From a virus, in IMG/VR virus record IMGVR_UViG_3300044609_000960, positions 95,263-159,262 of that record: DNA of 64,000 nucleotides; one strand, written 5' to 3'. Position numbers and translations under genes: made by a program. The notes under the pieces were generated by a model, which was not told the origin of the DNA, did no database searches, and was given only the letters and a program-made list of their open reading frames with translations. Positions 30,700-38,788 of the stretch are shown piece by piece (the first letter of the stretch is position 1; each line of letters starts with the position of its first letter).

Positions 30700-31632
30700 A
30701 TGTCCGCAACTTTTCAAATCACGACCATTGACCTGAGCACAAACGCTCCTCAACTCGCTCCTCTCAGTGGCCGCGAATACACTTCTGAATATACTCAGCT
30801 CCCTAACGCCAACCTTCCTAAGGTGATGCGTAAGGAACTCGATACTGTCTTCCAGTTCCTCACCGGCGAAGAACTCCCTCTCGATGAGAACACTTTCCTT
30901 ATCAAAGCCCGTGATGGTGTGTACTTCCGTCTCTTCGGTCCCGTACTCAAAGTCGGTGCTGATGGCGTAGAAGGCACTGAAACTGGTAAACTCTACATCC
31001 AATGGGGTCCTCGTTTCTTGCCCGTTGGTATTACCAAAGGTGGATTTGTAACCGAAGATGGTCGTGAAATCGAAGCCGAATTTGGTTCTTTCAACTTCTC
31101 CGGTCGTGGTGAAGATCCTTGCCTCTTTGTTTCGGTAGATACCAATGATGGCCAAACAGTCCTCCCTGTGGCAGTCCGCTTCAGCGACTGGGAAAATCCC
31201 ACCGATCCTAAGGCCCTCAACGCTCTTCTGAAGAAGAAGCCTGAGGATGTTGTTGCTCTCCTCCAACCTGTGACTGCAAAGGGTGCTGCTTCTGGCCCTC
31301 GCATTGAAGCCGATGAAGAAATCGATTTCCGTGAGTTGGATGTAAACACCCCTTATCAGGTTGTTGGGTACTATCCCTGTAAGACTTCGTATGGCTTGAC
31401 CTATCGCATCTTGATCGATAACCTCCCTGAAGAGGGCAAGGTTTCTGGCGCATGGGCCCATAGCTCCATTCGTCCTCTCTTGGCTACCAAGCCCGAGATC
31501 AACCGTGATAAGCCTGCTACTCTTACCCTGCGTAGCAAAGAAGAACTCGATTCTGGCAAGATTCGTATCCGCTCCACTCTCCTCCTTGCTCAGCAAGAGA
31601 GTTCCGAAGAAGCATTGAATTTAGATTTTTAG
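30700..31632 (+). CDS. Putative single-stranded DNA-binding protein
   Basis: Beta-rich, acidic tail ending ESSEEALNLDF, strongly biased codons, TGATAGAAT promoter; no family recognised. Confidence 0.4.
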   Translation: MSATFQITTIDLSTNAPQLAPLSGREYTSEYTQLPNANLPKVMRKELDTVFQFLTGEELPLDENTFLIKARDGVYFRLFGPVLKVGADGVEGTETGKLYIQWGPRFLPVGITKGGFVTEDGREIEAEFGSFNFSGRGEDPCLFVSVDTNDGQTVLPVAVRFSDWENPTDPKALNALLKKKPEDVVALLQPVTAKGAASGPRIEADEEIDFRELDVNTPYQVVGYYPCKTSYGLTYRILIDNLPEEGKVSGAWAHSSIRPLLATKPEINRDKPATLTLRSKEELDSGKIRIRSTLLLAQQESSEEALNLDF

Positions 31633-31660
31633 ATTCTTTAAGTCTTGACTTCTAAGTTTA

Positions 31661-31685
31661 AAGGTCCTATAATGGGCCTTTTTTT
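31661..31685 (+). terminator. Intrinsic terminator with TATAAT loop
   Basis: AAGGTCC-TATAAT-GGGCCTT followed by T run. Confidence 0.7.
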
Positions 31686-32414
31686 ATGTCTAAAAATCAC
31701 TACGTATATTACTCTTATGAAGAGTGGGGTCGTGGATATATAGGAGTCCGTAGTACTAAATTAGATCCATGGAAAGATCCATATATGGGAAGCTTTAAAG
31801 ATAGATCATTTAAACCGACTCGTAAAGAAATTATTGCAATTTTTAGATCTAGGAAAGAAGCATTAGAAGCTGAAATTATTTTACATGATTTTTATAAAGT
31901 ACATTTAAATTCTCATTTTGCAAATAAAGCAAAACAAACATCAACGGGATTTAGTCAAGAAGGAATTAAAGGCAGAAAATGGTGGAATAATGGAAAACAA
32001 AGAAAACTTTGCGAACAATGTCCTGGACCAGAATATGAACGTGGAAATCTTTTACCTGGTCAAAAGGGAAGTTTTTATGGAAAGACCTTATCTATAAAGG
32101 CACGTCAAAAATTAAGTGAATATGCAAAAAATCGTATAGGGAAAAAATCACCAATGTATGGTAAAACGCATTCAAAAGATGCAAGAAGAAAAATAAGCGA
32201 ATTCAGAAAGACTTGTATAGGTGAAAAAAATCATATGTTTGGTAAAAGAGGAGAAAATAGTCCTATCTTTGGCATTACAAGGAATGAAGAAACTCGGAAG
32301 AAAATAAGTGAATATGCTAAAAAATGCCGATGGTGGACTGATGGAGTCTCTCTTAAAAGATGCCCAGATCAACCCGGTCCAGAATGGAAACCAGGGCGGA
32401 TTAAAAAGATATAA
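31686..32414 (+). mobile_element. Free-standing GIY-YIG-like homing endonuclease with NUMOD3 repeats
   Basis: HYVYY...GYIG, YMGS, ALEAE, FAN; repeated YGKTHS..RRKISE; visibly AT-richer than neighbours. Confidence 0.85.
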
Positions 32415-32444
32415 GTTTAAAGACATATTACTGTTAGAATTATT

Positions 32445-32972
32445 ATGGAGAACGATTTAAGAGTCCCTGAGGGTTGGGGTGTTGCAGAATACGCCGAACC
32501 TGGTAAGGACACTGGTAAACAATCTAAGAACCTAGAGTTAATTGCACCTGGTCCTCAGAGTGGTGAAGATGATTATCATTCTCAATATGTAGACCCAGAA
32601 GGTAAGTTTGGTGCTGCGAAGACAGAACGTGGGTCCTCAGAGCATTGTTCATATGGCGGAGAAGAATCCTCCCAAGAAGAACCAAAAGGCTCCCAGCCCT
32701 ATGATGTTGGTCAACTCCACCTCGAAGATAAAGAAGTAGTGGTGGAAGATGGTAGACAGAGAGGCTATCATTACTATCTTGTTACCCATCCCGACGAAGA
32801 GTATTTCTACTCTGTTATTCCTAAACTCCGTGGTAATAAAGAGACCTATAAGAGCCCACGTAAATCAACTCGTAAGGAAGCCCTAGAAGCAGCCTATAAA
32901 GTTCTCAATGTAACTCTCCCTGCTTCTATTTCAGATCAGATGCATTACACGTATCCAGAATCAGAAATATGA
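32445..32972 (+). CDS. Hypothetical acidic protein with N-terminal VPEGW tag
   Basis: 175 aa ORF, GTTTAAAG motif 23 nt upstream. Confidence 0.65.
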   Translation: MENDLRVPEGWGVAEYAEPGKDTGKQSKNLELIAPGPQSGEDDYHSQYVDPEGKFGAAKTERGSSEHCSYGGEESSQEEPKGSQPYDVGQLHLEDKEVVVEDGRQRGYHYYLVTHPDEEYFYSVIPKLRGNKETYKSPRKSTRKEALEAAYKVLNVTLPASISDQMHYTYPESEI

Positions 32973-33023
32973 TAGAATAAGATTCTATCCATTTAATCAA
33001 CCCATACCCTCTTTCTCCATCCC

Positions 33024-34019
33024 ATGAGCAGTATCCTCGAGCATAATAAGATGATCTTTAAAAAGGACACAGGGTTTGACTTCCCTGAGTTCTATGACTA
33101 TTATGAACGTACCGTGGCTAGCGTATGGCGACATCAAGAAGTTGCCATGGAGTCGGATCTTCGCGACTGGCAATTCAACTCCACTCCAGATGAAAGGAAG
33201 GTTATTGCTGGTATCCTCAAGGGATTTGTAAGTGCTGAGTTGGGTATTGGTTGCTACTGGGCTGATGAGGTCTGTCGAATCTTCCCCAAACCGGAGATCC
33301 AGGCCATGGCCAAAGCCTTTTCATTCTTTGAGACAATTCACGCTGCAGCCTACTCGTACCTGAATGATGTTCTAGGTCTTAAGGAATACGAGGAGTTTAT
33401 CAATGATCCTGTTGCCTGTTCTAAGATCGATACGTTCTTCTCTAAATATCCCGATAAGGTATCTCTCGCCGTATTCTCTGGAGCTGGTGAGGGTGTAAGT
33501 CTCTTTAGTTCTTTCGCTGTTCTCCTCAGTTTTAATAAGGATGGACGTTATAAGGGACTTGCTCAAATCATCTCTTGGAGTGCTATTGATGAACAAACCC
33601 ATTCAGAGGCAGGTTGCCAACTCTTCCGTCGACTTGTCGATGAGGTAGGTCTTTCTGAGGATGATAAAAAAGCAATCTATGATGGATTTCAATTAGTTAT
33701 TGATAAAGAGTTTGCTTTTATTGACCATATCTTCAACTCTGCTAGTATTTCTTCGATTGACGCAAATGAGTTGAAAGCTTATATTAAGAACAGAGCCAAC
33801 GAACGTCTACTTCTTCTAGGCCTTGATCAAATGTTCAAACTATCAACCCAAGAACTAACTCAAGCGAAGTCAGTTTCTTCATGGTTTGATCCAACAGTCA
33901 AGGGTGCAAGTAGCACAGACTTCTTCGCTGCCTCTAAAGACGGTGCGAATTACGTTGCCAAAGTCTCCCAAGACTTTATGACAGTGGATCTTTCTGCACT
34001 CGATCTAGTACTTTCTTGA
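33024..34019 (+). CDS. nrdB: Ribonucleotide reductase class I beta subunit
   Basis: ETIHAAAY, EGVSLFSSF, DEQTH iron ligands; TDFF tail. Confidence 0.95.
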   Translation: MSSILEHNKMIFKKDTGFDFPEFYDYYERTVASVWRHQEVAMESDLRDWQFNSTPDERKVIAGILKGFVSAELGIGCYWADEVCRIFPKPEIQAMAKAFSFFETIHAAAYSYLNDVLGLKEYEEFINDPVACSKIDTFFSKYPDKVSLAVFSGAGEGVSLFSSFAVLLSFNKDGRYKGLAQIISWSAIDEQTHSEAGCQLFRRLVDEVGLSEDDKKAIYDGFQLVIDKEFAFIDHIFNSASISSIDANELKAYIKNRANERLLLLGLDQMFKLSTQELTQAKSVSSWFDPTVKGASSTDFFAASKDGANYVAKVSQDFMTVDLSALDLVLS

Positions 34020-34029
34020 TTTAAATAAG

Positions 34030-34227
34030 ATGGCTATCCATCCCAACCCCGATCGTAATGAAAACTTAATGGCAAGAGACCACGGCACGGTCTGCCTAAT
34101 CACTGATATAAGAGCTGATAGATACCTCAAGAGAATTAAGAAAAACCTACCACCAGAGAATAGATACTCTCGTCCTTGTGGTGGAAAAAATGGATTTGAT
34201 GATTACGTAGAAAGATGGCATGAATAA
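34030..34227 (+). CDS. Small hypothetical protein
   Basis: 65 aa ORF filling the gap after nrdB, overlapping the next gene. Confidence 0.55.
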   Translation: MAIHPNPDRNENLMARDHGTVCLITDIRADRYLKRIKKNLPPENRYSRPCGGKNGFDDYVERWHE

Positions 34228-34630
34228 CTTTAGAACCCCAGACGGTTGGAGGGTGAGAGGCCGGGAACAGGGAGGAAGAGAATTCTCCGGTTCAGAAGAA
34301 ACATGGAAGCAGTGGAGAAATTCTCCATATGAGGTAAGTAATACCGGGAAAGTACGTCGTAAGGGAAGCGGTGAAGTCCGTAAACCTAGAGACGATGACC
34401 GAAAACATCAGAGGGTCAACCTCACATGGGATGGTAAACGTGAAGAACCACCTCTACATCAGATGGTAATGGAAGTATTTGGTCCACCTAAACCTAAGGG
34501 AGAGAATATTGTCATTCTTCATAAAGATAATGACGGGACAAATAATGCAATCTCGAACTTAAAATGGGGAACTAAATCAGAAAACGTACAACAAGCCCAC
34601 GACGACGGATTAATCGATAATAGTCGTTAA
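34220..34630 (+). CDS. NUMOD4-HNH endonuclease-like protein with N-terminal TPDGW tag
   Basis: YEVSNTGKVR (NUMOD4), LHQMV..F, HKDND..NN..SNLKWGT.SEN (HNH_3). Confidence 0.85.
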   Translation: MNNFRTPDGWRVRGREQGGREFSGSEETWKQWRNSPYEVSNTGKVRRKGSGEVRKPRDDDRKHQRVNLTWDGKREEPPLHQMVMEVFGPPKPKGENIVILHKDNDGTNNAISNLKWGTKSENVQQAHDDGLIDNSR

Positions 34631-34734
34631 ATAAAACTAAATAACTAACTAACCAACCCATTGAGTTACATCTTAGTAACTATTGGGTTCGTTTACCATG
34701 CCTTATGATAGAATAAACTACCCACTTTGATCAA

Positions 34735-36651
34735 ATGCCAGAACTTCAAGTACCAGAATGGATGAGCAAGGAAGCTGTTGATACCCTCTCACGAGGATAT
34801 CTATGGAACGCTGAGACTCCTAGAGGAATGTTTGAGAGGGTCTCAAATCAAGCAGCAAAGATCCTTGACTACCCAGAGCTCTCTGAGGATCTCTTTGAGG
34901 TTCTTTGGAGAGGGTTTCTTGGCCTAGCCACTCCTGTGGCCAGTAACTTTGGCACCTCAAGGGGACTACCAATTAGTTGCTATTCCACTCATCTTTCTGA
35001 CTCTGTCCAGTCTATCTACTCCCACCTCAAGGAAGTCGCTGCATTATCTAAAAATGGTGGAGGAGTAGGAATATACCTAGGTGATATCCGTCCTTCTGGA
35101 TCCCCAATCGCTTCCGGTGGGAAGAGTACTGGCATTGTGCCATGGGCTCGGCAATATGACCAATGTGCCTCTGTGGTTTCTCAAGGTGGAGTGAGGAGAG
35201 GTAGTTTTGCCATGTATCTCCCAATCGATCATCCTGATCTTGCTGAGTTACTTCGCACCAAAGACCATTCCCAAGGAGACCCACGGGATTTTATCGATAG
35301 TAATATTGCTGTTTCGATCACCGATGAGTGGGTGGAGAGTATGATTACTGGGGATCGGGATAAGCAAAAAATCTTTGGTGAGGTGCTTAAGGCTCGGATG
35401 ATTAGTGGGTCTCCCTACATTATCTACATTGATAACGCTAATCGCGCCAATCCCGAGTGCTATACTCAACGTGGTCTTAAAGTAAGTCTCAGTAATCTCT
35501 GTTCTGAAATCTTCCTTCACACTGACGAAAACCACACCTTTGTATGCGTACTCAGCTCCATCAACCTTGCCCGATGGGAAGAATGGAAAGACTGGAGAGG
35601 GGCAAAGACTGGCAAATCTGTACCTGAGTTGGCCGTATACCTCCTCGATGCGGTGGTTGAAGAGTTTTGCCATAAGGGTGATCGCATGCCTTCCATGGGT
35701 CGGAGTGTCCGCTTTGCACGTAAATCCAGAGCCCTTGGCCTAGGTACTATGGGACTCCATGCTCTTTATCAGTCCAAGAGTCTCCCATTTGCATCTAAAG
35801 AAGCGCGGGATCTCAATATTGAGACTCATCGATTTATTAAAGAACAAGCAATTAAGGCTTCGGAAGAGATGGCCAAACGATATGGCGAGCCGGAGTGGTG
35901 CGAGGGAAGTGGTCGTCGTCATACCCACCTTATGGCAATTGCCCCAACCCGGTCCAACTCAGTTATCTGTGGAGCAGTGAGTCAAGGAATCGAGCCTATT
36001 GACGCAAATTATTATGTTGCTAAGCAAGCAAAAGGAACCTTTGTACGTAAAAATCCTTATCTCGAAAATCATCTGGAGTCTATTGGGAAAAATACAGATG
36101 AGGTATGGGAAAGCATCTTGGAGTTTAGGGGATCTGTGCAACATTTAGACTTCCTGTCAGAGGACGCAAAGAATATCTTCCTTACTGCCCGGGAGACTGA
36201 TCAGTTTGAACTCGTAAAACAGGCATCTGATCGTCAACCATATGTCTGCCAAGGGCAATCCCTCAACCTCTTCGTAGATCCAGAGTCCTCCCCTGAGTAC
36301 CTCTTCAAGCTCCACTTGAGCGCCTGGAAAGGTGGATTGAAATCACTCTATTATCTGAAGAGTAGTTCGCTCCTTGTGAAACGTAAGAAACTCGAGACAG
36401 TAACTAAAACTGCAAAGATCATCACCAAGGAAACGTGCCCATATTGCACTATGGCAAAGTCCTTGCTCAAATCTAAGGGCTATAAAATCGAGGAGATTGA
36501 CCGGGCCGAAGTACCTGACTCAGAGTTTCCTTATCGCACCGTTCCTCAAATCTGGATTAATGGTTCCTATATCGGAGGGTATACTGACCTTGCCGAAAAG
36601 ATCGGCACTCCAGAAAAACAATATGGAGACTGCGCTGCTTGTGAAGGTTGA
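34735..36651 (+). CDS. nrdA: Ribonucleotide reductase class I alpha subunit with glutaredoxin fusion
   Basis: PISC, GGGVG, RRG, NLCSE, APT, LYY; then CPYC, TVPQI, IGGY (Grx) and terminal CAAC. Confidence 0.95.
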   Translation: MPELQVPEWMSKEAVDTLSRGYLWNAETPRGMFERVSNQAAKILDYPELSEDLFEVLWRGFLGLATPVASNFGTSRGLPISCYSTHLSDSVQSIYSHLKEVAALSKNGGGVGIYLGDIRPSGSPIASGGKSTGIVPWARQYDQCASVVSQGGVRRGSFAMYLPIDHPDLAELLRTKDHSQGDPRDFIDSNIAVSITDEWVESMITGDRDKQKIFGEVLKARMISGSPYIIYIDNANRANPECYTQRGLKVSLSNLCSEIFLHTDENHTFVCVLSSINLARWEEWKDWRGAKTGKSVPELAVYLLDAVVEEFCHKGDRMPSMGRSVRFARKSRALGLGTMGLHALYQSKSLPFASKEARDLNIETHRFIKEQAIKASEEMAKRYGEPEWCEGSGRRHTHLMAIAPTRSNSVICGAVSQGIEPIDANYYVAKQAKGTFVRKNPYLENHLESIGKNTDEVWESILEFRGSVQHLDFLSEDAKNIFLTARETDQFELVKQASDRQPYVCQGQSLNLFVDPESSPEYLFKLHLSAWKGGLKSLYYLKSSSLLVKRKKLETVTKTAKIITKETCPYCTMAKSLLKSKGYKIEEIDRAEVPDSEFPYRTVPQIWINGSYIGGYTDLAEKIGTPEKQYGDCAACEG

Positions 36652-36676
36652 CAGAGATAACCTATTATGATAGAAT
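36648..36676 (+). promoter_or_regulatory. Sigma70-type promoter
   Basis: TTGACA-N17-TAGAAT with TG extension. Confidence 0.85.
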
Positions 36677-36699
36677 CTAAAAGCCAATTTATTAACGAC

Positions 36700-37155
36700 A
36701 TGATGTTCGATTACGCAAAATTTATCGACCAAGGATATGCCTCTCAGCAGAAATATGCCAAGGCAGCCGGACAACCTGGACCTCTTGACCCAGATCTCAC
36801 CAGAGAAGATCGTCATGCAAAAGTAATCGAGTACATGGGTCATCTTATTGAAGAGACTATTGAAGCCCGAGTTTATGTCCCTCGTCGCAGTTGGAAAAAT
36901 AATGAACCTTCATTCCTAGACAATGATAAAAACCGAGAGGAATTTATCGCAGAGATGTTTGACATTCTTCTCTTCCACCGCGCTGCTCTTGCATACGCCG
37001 GTGTGACAGGATCTGAATTTGCAGAGATTGCGGAAAAGAAAATGAATTACAATTCAAAACGCAAGGACCATAACGTCAATGGTACTGAATCCGCATCTCA
37101 AGACCCCGCACAAGAACTCCAAGGAAACTGCTCATCTGCCAACTTTAATGGCTAA
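36700..37155 (+). CDS. All-alpha dNTP pyrophosphatase (dimeric dUTPase / T4 gp56 dCTPase / MazG superfamily)
   Basis: EETIE, PRRSWK, EMFD, KMNYNSKR motifs; track ATG at 36667 lies inside the promoter so 36700 is preferred. Confidence 0.75.
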   Translation: MMFDYAKFIDQGYASQQKYAKAAGQPGPLDPDLTREDRHAKVIEYMGHLIEETIEARVYVPRRSWKNNEPSFLDNDKNREEFIAEMFDILLFHRAALAYAGVTGSEFAEIAEKKMNYNSKRKDHNVNGTESASQDPAQELQGNCSSANFNG

Positions 37156-37318
37156 AGAAACACAGTATAAAGCATTTGGCACCACTCGGTGCCATTATTG
37201 CGATGGGAGGGGGTTTCTAATCCTCCAACAATCAACTCTGGAGGGCAAGATCCTCCCTAACCACGTAGAAGAATGCGAAAGGTGCAATGGAAACGGATTT
37301 TTTGAACAGAATAACTAG
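37148..37318 (+). CDS. Small DnaJ-type zinc-finger protein
   Basis: 56 aa with two CxxCxGxG motifs (CHYCDGRG, CERCNGNG). Confidence 0.65.
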   Translation: MAKETQYKAFGTTRCHYCDGRGFLILQQSTLEGKILPNHVEECERCNGNGFFEQNN

Positions 37319-37772
37319 AGGGCAAATTCTTGTTCTTAATGCTAGTTATGAGCCAATCAACATAACCTCTTGGAAGAGGGCATTTGTCCTCCTCTTGAAA
37401 GAGAAGGCTCAAATAATCAATCATAGGGTCATCCGCCTAGTTGAGTATATCAAAATCCCATTTACAAAACTTCGCAATAACAAACCTACCAGAAGCGCAA
37501 TCTACGCGCGAGATGGTCATAAATGCCAGTACTGTGGCGCAACTCGTAAGTTAACTATTGATCACGTTATTCCAAAATCCAAAGGTGGGAGCGATGATTG
37601 GGACAATTTGGTTGTTGCTTGTTCTTCTTGTAATACTAAAAAAGGAGATAAATATCTTGAGCAGACGGGGATGAAGCTCATTAGAATACCAGTTCAGCCA
37701 CGCACTCATCTCGACTTGGCAATTTCCCAAACAAATCTTACAGAATGGCGTGAATACTGTTTTATAGTTTAA
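37287..37772 (+). CDS. HNH endonuclease (McrA/HNH_5-like)
   Basis: LVLNASYEP, RDGHKCQYCG, TIDHVIP, NLVVACSSCN. Confidence 0.92.
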   Translation: METDFLNRITRGQILVLNASYEPINITSWKRAFVLLLKEKAQIINHRVIRLVEYIKIPFTKLRNNKPTRSAIYARDGHKCQYCGATRKLTIDHVIPKSKGGSDDWDNLVVACSSCNTKKGDKYLEQTGMKLIRIPVQPRTHLDLAISQTNLTEWREYCFIV

Positions 37773-37805
37773 AATAGTTATATGGAGGGCCAATCAGGTT
37801 CTCTT

Positions 37806-37902
37806 CGTTCATCGGGAGGTATCTCCCGACGCAAGTAGGCCGACGGAAGGAACGCATCGTTCAGCAAGAAATCTTGCCGAAAGTACGCCGACTGAAGGAA
37901 CG
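37806..37902 (+). ncRNA. Tandem glnA-motif (glutamine) riboswitch aptamers
   Basis: Two units, 37806-37854 and 37858-37902, each CGTTCA-hairpin-G(C/A)AAGTA..CCGAC.GAAGGAACG with P1 CGTTC/GAACG; upstream of DUF4278-like gene. Confidence 0.8.
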
Positions 37903-37943
37903 GGATAAGTAAACCTTATTCTCATTTCTTTGGAGGTAAACTA

Positions 37944-38081
37944 ATGGCTAAAGTAGTATATCGTGGCGTTGAGTATGATACTCAAAAACGTCTTGAGTAT
38001 CAACAACAAATGATGCAACAACCCCAACAATACAACGAGACCTATCGTGGTGTTAAGTTTACTAAGGAGGGGCACAAATGA
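37944..38081 (+). CDS. DUF4278-like small protein (45 aa, not in ORF track)
   Basis: MAKVVYRGVEYDTQKRLEYQQQMMQQPQQYNETYRGVKFTKEGHK; two YRGV motifs; GGAGG RBS. Confidence 0.85.
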   Translation: MAKVVYRGVEYDTQKRLEYQQQMMQQPQQYNETYRGVKFTKEGHK

Positions 38082-38173
38082 CAAATAAACTAAATTTTCT
38101 TCAGCTTATCAAAGAGCAGAAGCAAAAAGCAGATAGACGTCATAAAGCATCTTTGGCTCAGATAAAGCGATAG
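38078..38173 (+). CDS. 31-aa peptide (not in ORF track)
   Basis: MTNKLNFLQLIKEQKQKADRRHKASLAQIKR; AAGGAGG RBS, ATGA overlap, terminator follows. Confidence 0.65.
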   Translation: MTNKLNFLQLIKEQKQKADRRHKASLAQIKR

Positions 38174-38185
38174 ATTAAAGTCAAG

Positions 38186-38214
38186 GAGAGGGGACAATCT
38201 TCCCTCTCTTTTTT
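38186..38214 (+). terminator. Intrinsic terminator
   Basis: GAGAGGGGA/TTCCCTCTC stem plus T run. Confidence 0.75.
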
Positions 38215-38221
38215 ATTAGAT

Positions 38222-38788
38222 ATGGACTTCTATTTTTCTTTTGGCAAAAAGAGAGCTTCAGAAAGAGAAACAATCTTTTCTGCAGCTATTATCTGGGGGT
38301 TCATAGAGGCAATAATGGACCCACTCTTGGACTTCTTAAATAAGAAGATCATAGCAAGATTTGATGGGGAAAAGTTAAAGGTAGTATTTGATGAGTTGGA
38401 TATATTTTGGCTAAGAAATGGTAATAGTAAACATTATTCCGACTCTGACATAAGATTAATAATTTCTTTATTTTTAAGATCAGTAGAAGATAATAATTTA
38501 ACCAGAAAGGAACTTCTTGCTTTAGTAGATTTTATTCAGAGAAAGTGGATTGCCTCTGAGGCATTACAAAAAACCTTTACCCAAACAGACGAGGTAATTG
38601 ATGCTTATGTAGAGGCCACAGTAGATCAGGCAATCGAACTCTATGAGAAGACCTATATGGAAAAGCCACTAACCCCAGAGGAGTTTGTGGCTAATACTGC
38701 AGAAATAATCTTCCATGAGCCAGATGGGAGCAAAGCCCAAGAACTCTTAGGAGGAATGATGGAGATTAAAAATAAATTTTTCTATTAA
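38222..38788 (+). CDS. Hypothetical protein
   Basis: 188 aa helical ORF. Confidence 0.6.
   Translation: MDFYFSFGKKRASERETIFSAAIIWGFIEAIMDPLLDFLNKKIIARFDGEKLKVVFDELDIFWLRNGNSKHYSDSDIRLIISLFLRSVEDNNLTRKELLALVDFIQRKWIASEALQKTFTQTDEVIDAYVEATVDQAIELYEKTYMEKPLTPEEFVANTAEIIFHEPDGSKAQELLGGMMEIKNKFFY

Noticed and set aside
30505-31596. 363-aa antisense ORF
   Set aside because: Mirror of the strongly codon-biased + strand gene; no motifs, promoter or RBS
33024-36651. Intron or intein in RNR genes
   Set aside because: Both subunits are uninterrupted with all motifs; the HNH gene is free-standing
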